Below, piece after piece: positions 26,814-36,750 of a DNA stretch of 64,000 nucleotides (position 1 is its first letter; the number at the start of each line of letters is the position of its first letter). The notes below the pieces were generated by a model. That model was given only the letters and a program-made list of their open reading frames with translations, was not told the origin of the DNA and did not search any database. The DNA is from an uncultured Bdellovibrionales bacterium (GTDB lineage: Bacteria > Patescibacteriota > Minisyncoccia > Moranbacterales > UBA1568). A program made the translations under genes and the position numbers. Location of the stretch: assembly GCA_964436855.1 (NCBI GenBank), contig CAYTED010000004.1, positions 67,627 through 131,626 of the forward strand. The letters run 5' to 3'.

Positions 26814-28406
26814 ATGCAAAAATTCTGGTACGATCTTCTCTCTCCAAAGCGATTCGTTTTCTTTCTTGCGCTCATTCTCGTTCTCGCATTTTTCCTCCGC
26901 ACCTGGAATATCGACGACATTCCGGGCGGACTCTACCCCGACGAGGCGATGAACGGTACGAACGCAATCGAAGCAAACGAAACAGGGCACTACAAACTTT
27001 TTTACGAAGACAATTTCGGTCGCGAGGGACTCTTTATTAATCTGCAGGCGCTCGCGATCAAATATCTCGGTGTAAACATTCCCGCGCTCAAACTCTGGTC
27101 GGCGATTTTCGGTACACTTGCCGCGCTCGGCATCGGACTTCTCGCGCTCGAACTCTTCGGCCGACGTTCTGCCGCGCTCGCCGCCGCCTTTATCACCACC
27201 ACCTCATACTGGGCGATCAATTTTTCCCGAATGGGATTCCGCGCGATCATGGTAACCGCACTCCTTTCATTTTCCTTTTATTTTTTCTTCCGCGGACTCC
27301 GTACGGAACGCAAGTGTTCTTTTTTCTTCGCCGGAGCACTTCTTGGTCTCGGTCTTCATACCTATATCGCCTTCCGACTCGCGCCGGGCATACTCATCCT
27401 CCTTCTTCCCTTTCTCCTCCTCTCTTACGAAAATTTTCTCAAACGATTTTGGAAACACGCGTTCGTATTCGTCTTTGGCGCCTTTCTCACCGCCGCGCCG
27501 ATGTTTTATGATTTCTCTCAAAATCCACATCACTTCGCTTCTCGCTCCGACGATGTCTCGATTTTCTCCGAAAAGGTGAACAAGGGCGACCTTTGGGGAA
27601 CATTCGGAAAAACCTTCGGCCTCTCGCTCATCAAATACAATTTTGTGGGCGATCAAAACTTCCGACACAACTATCCGCCCTATCCGATCCTCGACCCGAT
27701 CATCGGCACGTTTTTCCTCGCCGGCTTTCTCTGGATTCTTGTCGACACCATCAAACTCTTCGGTCTCCGACTCCGAAACAAAGAACGCCACCCGAAACTT
27801 GCCATCAATGCCTTTCTTTTCATCTCTTTCTTTGTCATGCTTGCGCCGGAGTACCTTACCAATGAAGGACTTCCGCACGCTCTCCGCGCGATCGGCACGC
27901 AAGTCTCGGTGTTTCTCTTTGCTTCTTTTCCGATCGCATTTCTCTTCAATCGCGCGCTGCACGCGCAAGCGGTCGGGCGATCCCTTTTTCTCTCGCTTTT
28001 CTTCCTGACCCTCATAACAAGCGGCCTCTGGAATGGTGTAAAATATTTTTATTTCTTCGCAAATCATCCGAAACAATACGAATCATTCGCCGCGAGATTC
28101 CGCAGTATGTCGCTCTATCTGAATTCCCTTCCGGAAAATACGCATAAATATTTGTACGCGAATACCGGATACATCGACCTCCAGGCCATCCTCTTTCAAA
28201 CTTCCGGTCGCGTAAAAAACTTTCAAGTCCTGCAGCCCGACACGAAAATCGAACGCCCGGCCGTTATCCTACAAATGCGCTATGATGACCGCGTCTTCGA
28301 AAACATCAAACAGCGCACTCCGAATGCAATTGTACGACAAGCCGACCCGCTGCAAAAACCCGGAACAAACTTTCTCGTCATCGAAATTCCGGACGAGAAA
28401 AAATAG
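26814..28406 (+). CDS. GT-C fold glycosyltransferase (ArnT/PMT-like, GT39/83)
   Basis: FFLRTWN..PGGLYPDEA motif after the first TM, followed by many TM helices. Confidence 0.85.
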   Translation: MQKFWYDLLSPKRFVFFLALILVLAFFLRTWNIDDIPGGLYPDEAMNGTNAIEANETGHYKLFYEDNFGREGLFINLQALAIKYLGVNIPALKLWSAIFGTLAALGIGLLALELFGRRSAALAAAFITTTSYWAINFSRMGFRAIMVTALLSFSFYFFFRGLRTERKCSFFFAGALLGLGLHTYIAFRLAPGILILLLPFLLLSYENFLKRFWKHAFVFVFGAFLTAAPMFYDFSQNPHHFASRSDDVSIFSEKVNKGDLWGTFGKTFGLSLIKYNFVGDQNFRHNYPPYPILDPIIGTFFLAGFLWILVDTIKLFGLRLRNKERHPKLAINAFLFISFFVMLAPEYLTNEGLPHALRAIGTQVSVFLFASFPIAFLFNRALHAQAVGRSLFLSLFFLTLITSGLWNGVKYFYFFANHPKQYESFAARFRSMSLYLNSLPENTHKYLYANTGYIDLQAILFQTSGRVKNFQVLQPDTKIERPAVILQMRYDDRVFENIKQRTPNAIVRQADPLQKPGTNFLVIEIPDEKK

Positions 28407-28550
28407 AAATCGCTGCAGTTTCTTTTGTAAATATTCAAAACGGATTGGACAGAATTTTTTCTCGACAACGAGTCGGGGAATGACCAAAGGAAATGCGATC
28501 AAAACAAAGAGATTGGAAAATCACTAAAATTTATAATAAGAAAACACTCT

Positions 28551-30536
28551 ATGCGCCACTTCCTCGACCCGATTAAGAAAAATGCCGCGCTTGCGGTGTT
28601 CGCGCTCCTCGCCGTTTTTGTTCTCCTTTCGCTTACTGGCGCACGAAACGATTCCGCCACATTCGATGAGCGTGCTCATATTCCCGCTGCCTATAGCTAT
28701 GTCCGCTACAGCGATATGCGACTCAATCCGGAGCATCCGCCACTTTTAAAAGACTTAGCCGGTCTTCCGCTTCTTCTCCTTGATTTGAAATTCCCCATTG
28801 AAAGCGAACTTTGGACGAAAGGCGTGAACGAACAATGGAATCTCGGAACACTCTTTCTCTATCGAATCGGGAACAATCCAAACGACATTCTCTTTTTCTC
28901 CCGACTCCCCATTATTCTCATCGGTCTTCTTCTCGGATACTTTCTGTATCGGTGGGGTAAAGAACTCTCCGGAACGCTCACTGGTATTTTTGCGGTCGCG
29001 CTCTTTGCGCTTGATCCGAATATGATCGCGCACGGTCATTATGTAACAACCGATCTCGGCATCGCCGCGGCGATTTTCATCGCCACGTATTTTTTCGTCC
29101 GATTCCTTAAAAATCCCTCACCGAAAAATATCATCGTCGCCGGTATCGCGCTCTCGCTCGCCCAACTCACCAAATTTTCCGCCGTTCTCCTCTTTCCGCT
29201 TTTCGGACTCATTCTCTTTGTGTACGCAATCGTCAGATACGAACACGACGACAAAACGCCGACCTTGAAAGAAAAATTGATATGCGTACGACAATGGATC
29301 GCCCGATATATCCAAATTGTTATCATCGCTTTCATCGGCATTTATATCGTCTACGCGGCGAATACCTGGAATATGCCGGCTGAAAAAACGATTGAAAACG
29401 CCGCCATTGTGTTCTCCGGTCCCGCGCCCGCAAAAGTCTTCGCCAGAGAAACAATCGGAGCGATGTCTTCCGTTCCGGTCCTGAAGCCACTCTCGCATTA
29501 CTTTCTCGGCGTCTTTATGGTTTTCTCTCGCGTCGCTGGCGGGAACACGTTTTACTTCGACAACCCATTCTTTCATGACACCTCGCGCCCGCTTGTCGCA
29601 AATATCGCCTCTCCGTGGTATTTTCCGGCGGTTTTCCTGATGAAAGAGGCCCTCCCGTTTCTTTTTCTCTTGTTTCTTTCCGGTTGTTACGCGTTCTACC
29701 GAATCATCCGAGCCTTCGCGGAGAAAAAAACACTCGCCGCGCGCGCTCACCTCATCGCCGAAAGTTTCCGCACACGCATCGCCCAGTGGACCATACTCGC
29801 ATTCGTCGCACTCTATACCTACCTCTCCATTACCGGAAACTTAAATATCGGTCTCCGGCACCTTTTCCCCATTCTCCCTCTCCTCTATCTTCTTGTCGCG
29901 AAAACCGTTGCCGACTTCATCACGCGACGCATCGAACACGAAAATCGTCTCACTGGCTATCGTTCCAACCTTCACCGCATCCTCTTCACTACGCTCGGGT
30001 TTGGCTTTTTCTCGTGGATGGTGTTTATCCCAGTTGCAGCATCGCCAAACTTCCTCTCGTATTTCAATGAAACCGTTGGATCGAAAAATGGGTATTGGTA
30101 CGTGACAGATTCCAATTACGACTGGGGACAAGATCTCAAGCGAGTGAAAGAATTCGTCGAACGGTACAACGCCTGCGTATCACAGGCACGATCAATGTCA
30201 GACTGTCTTGGTCGCAGATTTTCCGCAACCCCCGCGCTTAATTCAATCGGACGATCTCCTATCGATACAATCCGTGTCGATTATTTCGGCGGCTCCGAAT
30301 CCGATATCGCGGTCGGCGCATATCTGAAGCCTTGGAATGCCGGTCTTGATCCGGAAGTTGGATGGTATGCTATATCGGCCACTTTCTATCAGGAAAGTAT
30401 TTACAAAAACATCCTCCCGACCGAAAAAACCTATCGCGACTGGATCCTCCCATTCAAACCGGTCGCTCGCGCCGGAGAGTCCATTCTCATCTTCCATATT
30501 TCAGAAGACGATCTTCAGATGATACGAGAGCGATAG
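28551..30536 (+). CDS. GT-C fold glycosyltransferase (ArnT/PMT-like)
   Basis: SATFDERAHI, NPEHPPLLK, TTDLG, IGLRHLFP and DSNYDWGQDL, with multiple TMs. Confidence 0.87.
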   Translation: MRHFLDPIKKNAALAVFALLAVFVLLSLTGARNDSATFDERAHIPAAYSYVRYSDMRLNPEHPPLLKDLAGLPLLLLDLKFPIESELWTKGVNEQWNLGTLFLYRIGNNPNDILFFSRLPIILIGLLLGYFLYRWGKELSGTLTGIFAVALFALDPNMIAHGHYVTTDLGIAAAIFIATYFFVRFLKNPSPKNIIVAGIALSLAQLTKFSAVLLFPLFGLILFVYAIVRYEHDDKTPTLKEKLICVRQWIARYIQIVIIAFIGIYIVYAANTWNMPAEKTIENAAIVFSGPAPAKVFARETIGAMSSVPVLKPLSHYFLGVFMVFSRVAGGNTFYFDNPFFHDTSRPLVANIASPWYFPAVFLMKEALPFLFLLFLSGCYAFYRIIRAFAEKKTLAARAHLIAESFRTRIAQWTILAFVALYTYLSITGNLNIGLRHLFPILPLLYLLVAKTVADFITRRIEHENRLTGYRSNLHRILFTTLGFGFFSWMVFIPVAASPNFLSYFNETVGSKNGYWYVTDSNYDWGQDLKRVKEFVERYNACVSQARSMSDCLGRRFSATPALNSIGRSPIDTIRVDYFGGSESDIAVGAYLKPWNAGLDPEVGWYAISATFYQESIYKNILPTEKTYRDWILPFKPVARAGESILIFHISEDDLQMIRER

Positions 30537-30554
30537 AATTTGATCGCAAGAAGC

Positions 30555-30590
30555 AAGAAAAAACGCCGCAAAAAGCGACGTTTTTTTCTT
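30555..30590. terminator. Bidirectional terminator
   Basis: AAGAAAAAACG-CCGCAAAAAGCGA-CGTTTTTTCTT between convergent genes. Confidence 0.7.
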
Positions 30591-30604
30591 TCAAGAATCG
30601 GCAC

Positions 30605-31303
30605 TTATTGTTTTTCAAATCCTCCCGATTGAAAATATTTCGCGAGAAGAAAAAATGCCGGCGGAAAGGTTATACCCCATACGGGGGCAAAAAGAAACCA
30701 GAGCTGCGGAAAGAGCGGCGAGAGAGCAATCACGAGAAAAAGCGGCGCCTGTGCAAAAAACAATCGGCGCATCCATATCGAAATTATATTTTTTTTCTGA
30801 ATCGCAAAACCCAAGAAAAACGCCGAGAGGGAAAGGAAGCTGCTCCCCAAAAATTCAATCGCGTACAAATATTTCCCCGGTCGGAAGAGAAAACACTCCA
30901 GTCCCGCCTGTGGAGCCTGCAAGCCGAGCTGTTGCGGCAAAACATTGATTAGCTGCCCAAAAAACACGAATGACTCCAGCGTTACGGAAACAAGCGCGAT
31001 GGAAAATGCGAGCATACTCGCAAACCGCGCTTTCCCGGTCGTCGCGAGTACCACGCAAAGTATGGCCGCAAGAAGAAAATACGGTACGAAAAAATTCAAG
31101 AGAAACGGTATAAATAAACTCTTCGTATCGGGAAAACTCTGAAGAGAAAAATCTCCGGAAATATACATAAGCGATCCGAGAGACACGGAAAGGCCGATCG
31201 AAAGAACGACCACGGAAAGAGCCGCGACATTTCCGTACATTCGCAAAAAATTTTTTTCACCCCTGATAGAAACGACTGTGTTTGTGTTCATATTTGTGTT
31301 CAT
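30605..31303 (-). CDS. Multi-pass membrane protein
   Basis: About six hydrophobic helices. Start is uncertain (MNTNMNTN). Confidence 0.7.
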   Translation of the reverse strand: MNTNMNTNTVVSIRGEKNFLRMYGNVAALSVVVLSIGLSVSLGSLMYISGDFSLQSFPDTKSLFIPFLLNFFVPYFLLAAILCVVLATTGKARFASMLAFSIALVSVTLESFVFFGQLINVLPQQLGLQAPQAGLECFLFRPGKYLYAIEFLGSSFLSLSAFFLGFAIQKKNIISIWMRRLFFAQAPLFLVIALSPLFPQLWFLFAPVWGITFPPAFFLLAKYFQSGGFEKQ

Positions 31304-31360
31304 ATAGGAAATCATATCCTTTCCCGAACAGAAAAACAACCGACAAAAAAACAAAAGGAC

Positions 31361-32293
31361 TCATTTTTTTTCCGATTCGTCGGTGTTTGCGTCTTTTTCT
31401 CGCAAAGAATAGTACGCCTTTCCATTTATGCGCAGATCGATACGGGATAATTCTTTTCTCTCATCCGAAGACATCCCCTTCTCAAGCGAAAGCGCGAGCG
31501 TTTCAATCACTGATTCCGGCCGAAATGACGTATCGAGAAGAATATCCCATCCCTCGCTCGTTCGAAGCCGAACTTCGTGAGACGATTCATACGAAACCGC
31601 GATAGTTCTCTCAAGCGAAATATCGAATCGGTCCCGAAATTCGGATAAAAATTGCAACAAAAACCGCACCGATTCCGGGTTCATAACCACTTGGTCGATT
31701 GCCTGTTCTTGTCCGGTTTCGCTCGAAAGGACAAACATATTCCGGTCATTCCATACCGCGCCGATATTCGGATGCGAACGCGTCATTCCATTTGGAAGAA
31801 GCACCCTCTCCAATTCTCCCGTCTTCCAGAGAAGCAACGTGTCAAATTCCGAAACAACAACCGTAACACGCGAGGGAAACACTTTTTTCACTTCCGCCGA
31901 CTGAATCCATGGGGACAGATTTTCGATCTCGCCCGCAAGCGCCGAGGCATCGAGCGTAAAGTAATCGTCATTCCGAAAGAAAAACATCCGACGACCGGAG
32001 GCAAATTGTTCCCATATCGGTACGAATCGCTCTTCCGGTATCAGGTTCATTCCCGTAAAGGAAATGGTTTCTATTTTCGTAAACGATGAAAAGAAGACGA
32101 CATATCCCAGCAAGAAAAAAAATCCCATCCAAAGAAACCCGGCGAGATACTTTCCAAAAGAAAATTTTTTCTTCCTGCGATTTTCTTCGCGTTTCCGATC
32201 GGTCGATCGCGCCGCATCAAGCTTCGAAAACGGAGCGATAACCGGTTTTTCATTGTTTCGAACTCGGAAAAGAGCCATATATTTGTGTTTCAA
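31361..32293 (-). CDS. ftsQ: Cell division protein FtsQ/DivIB-like
   Basis: Basic N-terminus, TM, POTRA-like (IQSAEVKKVFPSRVTVVVSE) and C-terminal RIDLRINGKAYY. Confidence 0.75.
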   Translation of the reverse strand: MKHKYMALFRVRNNEKPVIAPFSKLDAARSTDRKREENRRKKKFSFGKYLAGFLWMGFFFLLGYVVFFSSFTKIETISFTGMNLIPEERFVPIWEQFASGRRMFFFRNDDYFTLDASALAGEIENLSPWIQSAEVKKVFPSRVTVVVSEFDTLLLWKTGELERVLLPNGMTRSHPNIGAVWNDRNMFVLSSETGQEQAIDQVVMNPESVRFLLQFLSEFRDRFDISLERTIAVSYESSHEVRLRTSEGWDILLDTSFRPESVIETLALSLEKGMSSDERKELSRIDLRINGKAYYSLREKDANTDESEKK

Positions 32294-33183
32294 ATTGCCT
32301 CGGACAGAAAAAGACTGTCGAGAAGAAGCCGCGCGCCGGCATTGGTTTCCTGAAGCGTCTTCTTCACGCGAGAAACTTGTTCGAGAAGTAAATATCTCTT
32401 CCGAAGAACCGCTTCATCGGAAGATGCCTTCATATGTTCGCGCATACCGATAATCCACCAATCAAAAAGTTCGATCGCTTCGGGAACATTCCGTGAAAAT
32501 CGCTCCGAAAGATCGATCCTCTCTCGGATGGAAAGCGAGGCAATTCGAAAAAGAGAACGCAGCGTTTCTTTCCGTTCCGAAAAACGATCCGGGTTTTGAA
32601 GTGCTTCGATCACAAGACCCGGGCGGCCGAGTGAAGAAAAAAACGCTTCAACAGAAGGAGCGGAGGGAAAAAGCTGTCGTATCCCCGCTTCCACTTCTTT
32701 CGTGGCGACCGGGCCAAAAACAATGCGCTCCATACGCGAACGAACCGTCGGGAGAAGCTTGTCCGGCTCGCTTGTGACAAAAAGAATGACTCCGGTATCG
32801 GACGGTTCTTCCAGTGTTTTCAAAATGGCGTTCTGCGCCGGCTCAAGAAGTTTCTCCGCATCTCGGACAATCGCCACCCGAAACCTCCCTCGCGCTGGAT
32901 ACTGGGAGAGAAAGAGTCGAAGATCCCGAACGGACTCGACCGGTATTGATTTTTCCCTTATCACGCCTTTTTTTTCTTCACGTTCCGGTTCTAGCAAAAA
33001 AATATCCGAAACATCTTCCGTTTCGCCGTCGTCACGACCGCACAGAAGCCTCGCAAATTCCTGCGCAACAAGAAATTTCCCGATTCGATCCGGCCCGGAA
33101 AAAATATACGCGTGATTCGGCGCGCCACTTTTTGCTCTGGTTGCAAGGAAATTTCGTTGTTGTGCGTGACCGATAATGTACAT
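32290..33183 (-). CDS. holB: DNA polymerase III delta' subunit
   Basis: IIGH, HAYIFSGPDRIGK, AQNAILKTLEEP and LLPTVRSR. Confidence 0.9.
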   Translation of the reverse strand: MYIIGHAQQRNFLATRAKSGAPNHAYIFSGPDRIGKFLVAQEFARLLCGRDDGETEDVSDIFLLEPEREEKKGVIREKSIPVESVRDLRLFLSQYPARGRFRVAIVRDAEKLLEPAQNAILKTLEEPSDTGVILFVTSEPDKLLPTVRSRMERIVFGPVATKEVEAGIRQLFPSAPSVEAFFSSLGRPGLVIEALQNPDRFSERKETLRSLFRIASLSIRERIDLSERFSRNVPEAIELFDWWIIGMREHMKASSDEAVLRKRYLLLEQVSRVKKTLQETNAGARLLLDSLFLSEAI

Positions 33184-33239
33184 ACGAGAATCAAGAATAT
33201 TCGTACTCGGATACTTCAAAAAGAATGATTCAAAATTCA

Positions 33240-34355
33240 TCATTCCTGATTTACGAGCATGTGTATTTCTCTTCGAAATCGCTCTTCCGAAAATTGCGCC
33301 GCGGCCCGCTTCATCTCCGCTTCATTATATTCCCCCTCATTCGCGAGAAACCGACGCACGCCATCCGAAAGAATTTCCGTCGTCTGCGCAAAAAAGAACT
33401 CTCCTGTTTTCCCCGGTTCAACGATTTCCTTTGCGCCGCCTTCACTATAGGCAATAACCGGCGTTCCGAATGAAAGCGCCTCTGTGATCGCAAGGCCGAA
33501 ATCCTCCTCCGCCGGATGAATCAATGCCCGCGCCTCGCGGTATCGTTTGGCCAACATTTCCTCTGACTGCCAACCGATACATCGAACGGTTTTCCCCGCT
33601 TTTTTCTCGAGTCGTTTTCGATCCGGACCAATACCAACAATGACAAGCGGGAGTTCAAGTTTATTCATCGCTTCAATCGCAATATCGATTCGTTTCGCTT
33701 CGGTCAATCGCGATACGATAAGAAAATATTGTTTTCTCTCTTTTTTTTCTTCATCATCTCCCCTTCCTATTTGTTTTACGGCCGGGTATACCACCTTCGC
33801 TTCGCCCCGATAGTATTTCCGAATCCGTTCCGCCGTGTACCGCGAATTTGCCACCAACACATCCGGTCGGTCCGCCGCTTGTTTGTCCCACACGCGAAGA
33901 TACGAAAGAAACAGACGGCCAACGGTTCGCAGTCCGAACGGCAATCGAAGCGCCGCGAAGTACCGCTCATTTTCATCCCATACATATCGCATCGGCGAAT
34001 GAAGATACGCGATATGTTTCGTATGAAGTCGCGTGACCACTCCTTTCGACCACGCGCCCGATGACGAAATCACCGTATCAAATTCCCGCAGATCAAGCGA
34101 TTCGATTGCCGAGGGATAAAACGGGAGAAGCAGTCGATACCGCTTCCGGAGCCATTTCGGAAATTTCTGAACATATGACGTGCGAATATCGCAATTCGGA
34201 AAATGCCGCTTCACGACATTCGAATCGGAAAGCAAGGTATACACCGGCGCCTCGGGATACATTCGTATAAAATCCTGAAGCACTCGCTCGGCACCACCAT
34301 ACGAGACAAGAAAGTCGTGAACGATTGCAATATTTTGTTTATTTCCCTCTTTCAT
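33240..34355 (-). CDS. Glycosyltransferase family 4
   Basis: IAIVHDFLVSYGGAERVL, YLHSPMRY and EEDFGLAITEA. Confidence 0.9.
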   Translation of the reverse strand: MKEGNKQNIAIVHDFLVSYGGAERVLQDFIRMYPEAPVYTLLSDSNVVKRHFPNCDIRTSYVQKFPKWLRKRYRLLLPFYPSAIESLDLREFDTVISSSGAWSKGVVTRLHTKHIAYLHSPMRYVWDENERYFAALRLPFGLRTVGRLFLSYLRVWDKQAADRPDVLVANSRYTAERIRKYYRGEAKVVYPAVKQIGRGDDEEKKERKQYFLIVSRLTEAKRIDIAIEAMNKLELPLVIVGIGPDRKRLEKKAGKTVRCIGWQSEEMLAKRYREARALIHPAEEDFGLAITEALSFGTPVIAYSEGGAKEIVEPGKTGEFFFAQTTEILSDGVRRFLANEGEYNEAEMKRAAAQFSEERFRREIHMLVNQE

Positions 34356-35515
34356 CGCTCTTTCAAAAGAAATGTAATTTCCCGCGCGCACTTCCCCCAC
34401 GAAAACCGACCCCTATTCTTCAGCCCTTTCTGCAGTATATCATCCCGAAAATCCTTTTCCTGCAGTACTCTTCGGATTCCTTCCGCAATCGAACGTGCAT
34501 CAAACGGATCCGCATACACCGCACCATCCCCACCCACCTCCGGAAGCGACGAAGTTTTTGACGTTACGATCGGCACTGCAACCGACTGCGCCTCAAGCAC
34601 CGGAATACCGAATCCCTCATAGAGCGATGGAAACAGAAACACCTCGGCATTTTTTAGAAGCTCCCACTTTTCTTCTTCCGTCACATAACCAAGTTCAATG
34701 ATATCGTTTTGATTCCTGATTCTTGATTCCTGATTCTTGATTCTTTCGTATCCATACCCCGGCTTTCCCGCAAGCACCAACCGGTGCGGAATGTGGTGTT
34801 TTTCTTTCAATATTTCAAACGCCTCAATAATTCGCCCGACATTTTTCCGTTCCTCAATCCGCCCGATAAAGAGCAGGAATTTTGAATTTTGAATTTTGAA
34901 TTTCGATTGAATGTTTAATTCTGAAATTTCTGAATTCTGATTTGATTCGAAATTCGAAATTCGAAATTCGAAATTATTATTATACCCTTCATACACCACC
35001 CGTATCTTCTCCTCCGCTACACCATACAACCGCATCAAATCCGATTTTGTATTCTCCGACACCGCGATAATCCTTTCCGCCCATCGGCATGAAAACCAAA
35101 TCGAGAGTCGCATATACCACCGCTCCCACAGGGAATATGCCTCCGGACAAAACTCATACTCAAGTCCGTGAACCGTGACTATCGTCCGGCGCGGATGAAC
35201 AAGCGGCACCGTATGCGCCGGCACAAACAAAACATCGGGTCTGTGAACAAGCATTTCAAGCGACAATCGAAACTGCGTCCAAAATCGCGGCGCCCACAAC
35301 CCTCTCACTTGCCAATGCTCCGGCAATTCAAAATCAATCTCCGGAAGGATTGTTTTAGGTTGCACGTTTTGTATGATAAATTTTTTCCTCACATACAAAA
35401 CCACCTGTTCATCTTTCAGTTCCTTGCGCAGATGTTTGATGACTTGATAACTATATTCCTCAATTCCTGTTCGTTTTTTCAAAAACGCACGCGACGCATC
35501 GATGCCAATGATCAT
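34352..35515 (-). CDS. Glycosyltransferase family 4 with repeat-derived insertions
   Basis: MIIGIDAS..RTGIEEY, FIGRIEERKN and FPSLYEGFGIPVLEA. Confidence 0.9.
   Translation of the reverse strand: MIIGIDASRAFLKKRTGIEEYSYQVIKHLRKELKDEQVVLYVRKKFIIQNVQPKTILPEIDFELPEHWQVRGLWAPRFWTQFRLSLEMLVHRPDVLFVPAHTVPLVHPRRTIVTVHGLEYEFCPEAYSLWERWYMRLSIWFSCRWAERIIAVSENTKSDLMRLYGVAEEKIRVVYEGYNNNFEFRISNFESNQNSEISELNIQSKFKIQNSKFLLFIGRIEERKNVGRIIEAFEILKEKHHIPHRLVLAGKPGYGYERIKNQESRIRNQNDIIELGYVTEEEKWELLKNAEVFLFPSLYEGFGIPVLEAQSVAVPIVTSKTSSLPEVGGDGAVYADPFDARSIAEGIRRVLQEKDFRDDILQKGLKNRGRFSWGKCAREITFLLKER
34710..34744. repeat. Five tandem 7-mers (TGATTCY) in frame in the GT4 gene
   Basis: TGATTCC TGATTCT TGATTCC TGATTCT TGATTCT, read as RIKNQESRIRNQ. 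Confidence 0.85.
34877..34975. repeat. ~100-bp 7-mer-period insertion in frame in the GT4 gene
   Basis: (GAATTTT)x3 ... (ATTCGAA)x4, read as NFEFRISNFESNQNSEISELNIQSKFKIQNSKF. Confidence 0.85.
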
Positions 35516-35517
35516 AT

Positions 35518-35607
35518 CAAAATGCAAATATCAAATATAAAAATTATGGAGTCTCGTTTCACGAGACACAACAATTTTTCATTTTGATTTTTTATTTTTT
35601 ATCTTGC
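35518..35607. repeat. AT-rich palindromic intergenic element, family A (divergent copy)
   Basis: A-rich arm TCAAAATGCAAATATCAAA, central hairpin GTCTCG-TTTCA-CGAGAC and T-rich arm CATTTTGATTTTTTATTT. Confidence 0.6.
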
Positions 35608-35616
35608 TTGGCGAAT

Positions 35617-36630
35617 TTATTTGCCAAGCATAATACTTCGCTTGTAAATCTCGAGATTATCAAGCACAATCCCTGTTCCCTTCGCCACACAAAACGCCGG
35701 ATCGTCGGCAAGATAACACGGCACGCCGATCGTCTTCGCAATGAGCTGATCAAGGTATCGGAGTTGCGCCGTCCCGCCGGAGAGCACCATCCCTTTATCC
35801 ATCACATCGGCCGCAAGTTCGGGCGGCGTCTCTTGCAAAACCTGCTTAATGACATTGATAATTTCCCGCAGTTCATCTTGAATCGCTTCCGTCACTTCAT
35901 TCGAGGAAATGGTAACGGTTCGCGGAAGTCCACCCATAAGATCGCGCCCGCGAATATCCATATGATCTTCTTTGACCTGCACGATCGCAGAACCGATCTG
36001 CATCTTCACTTCTTCCGCCGTCCGATCACCGATCGCAAGCGAGTACTTCCGTTTGATATAATCCGAAATCGCCTGATCTATCCGATTCCCGCCGACGCGC
36101 GCCGATGCCGATGCGACCACGCCACCAAGAGAAATAATGGCGATTTCCGATGTTCCACCGCCGATATTGATAATCATATTGCCCTGCGCCGCATGAATCG
36201 GAATCCCCGCGCCGATCGCCGCAAGAATCGGTTCTTTCACCACATACGCCGCCTTCGCCCCGGCTTTCAGTGCCGCATCGATTACGGCGCGCCGCTCGGT
36301 CGATGTCACACCTGCCGGAATCGAGAGCACCACCTCCGGACGAATGAGCGAAAACCGTCCGCTCACCTTCCCGATAAAATACCGGAGCATCGCTTCCGTC
36401 ACCCGATAATCCGCAATCGCGCCATCCCGAAGCGGCTGACTCGCTGAAATTGTGTCCGGCGTTCGCCCAAGCATTTCTTTCGCCTCATTCCCCACGGCAA
36501 GCACCTTATTCTCAAAGAGAGAAATCGCCACGACCGACGGCTCGTTAATCACCACACCTTTTCCCGGCACAAAAACAAGCGTATTCGCCGTCCCCAGATC
36601 GATCCCGATTTTTTTGACGATCCAACTCAT
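35617..36630 (-). CDS. mreB: Rod shape-determining protein MreB
   Basis: IGIDLGTANT, NEPSVVA, PLRDGAIAD, IGGGTSEIA and LSGGTAQL. Confidence 0.96.
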   Translation of the reverse strand: MSWIVKKIGIDLGTANTLVFVPGKGVVINEPSVVAISLFENKVLAVGNEAKEMLGRTPDTISASQPLRDGAIADYRVTEAMLRYFIGKVSGRFSLIRPEVVLSIPAGVTSTERRAVIDAALKAGAKAAYVVKEPILAAIGAGIPIHAAQGNMIINIGGGTSEIAIISLGGVVASASARVGGNRIDQAISDYIKRKYSLAIGDRTAEEVKMQIGSAIVQVKEDHMDIRGRDLMGGLPRTVTISSNEVTEAIQDELREIINVIKQVLQETPPELAADVMDKGMVLSGGTAQLRYLDQLIAKTIGVPCYLADDPAFCVAKGTGIVLDNLEIYKRSIMLGK

Positions 36631-36637
36631 AACTTCG

Positions 36638-36750
36638 TAAAACACAATTCTCAAAACACAGAAACCAAACAAAGCGCAAATTTCAAAACACAAATCTCAA
36701 TTCCGTGCTTTGTGTGTTGTTTGGCATTTTGTGTTTTTTGTTCTGTGTTT
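36638..36750. repeat. AC/GT-rich palindromic intergenic element, family B
   Basis: CAAAACACAGAAACCAAACA (36652-71) is identical to 50364-83. The right arm is complementary (TGTTTGG..TTTTGTGTTTT). Confidence 0.7.

Noticed and set aside
34710-34975. Possible CRISPR array
   Set aside because: The units are 7 bp in tandem with no unique spacers, and there are no cas genes in the window.
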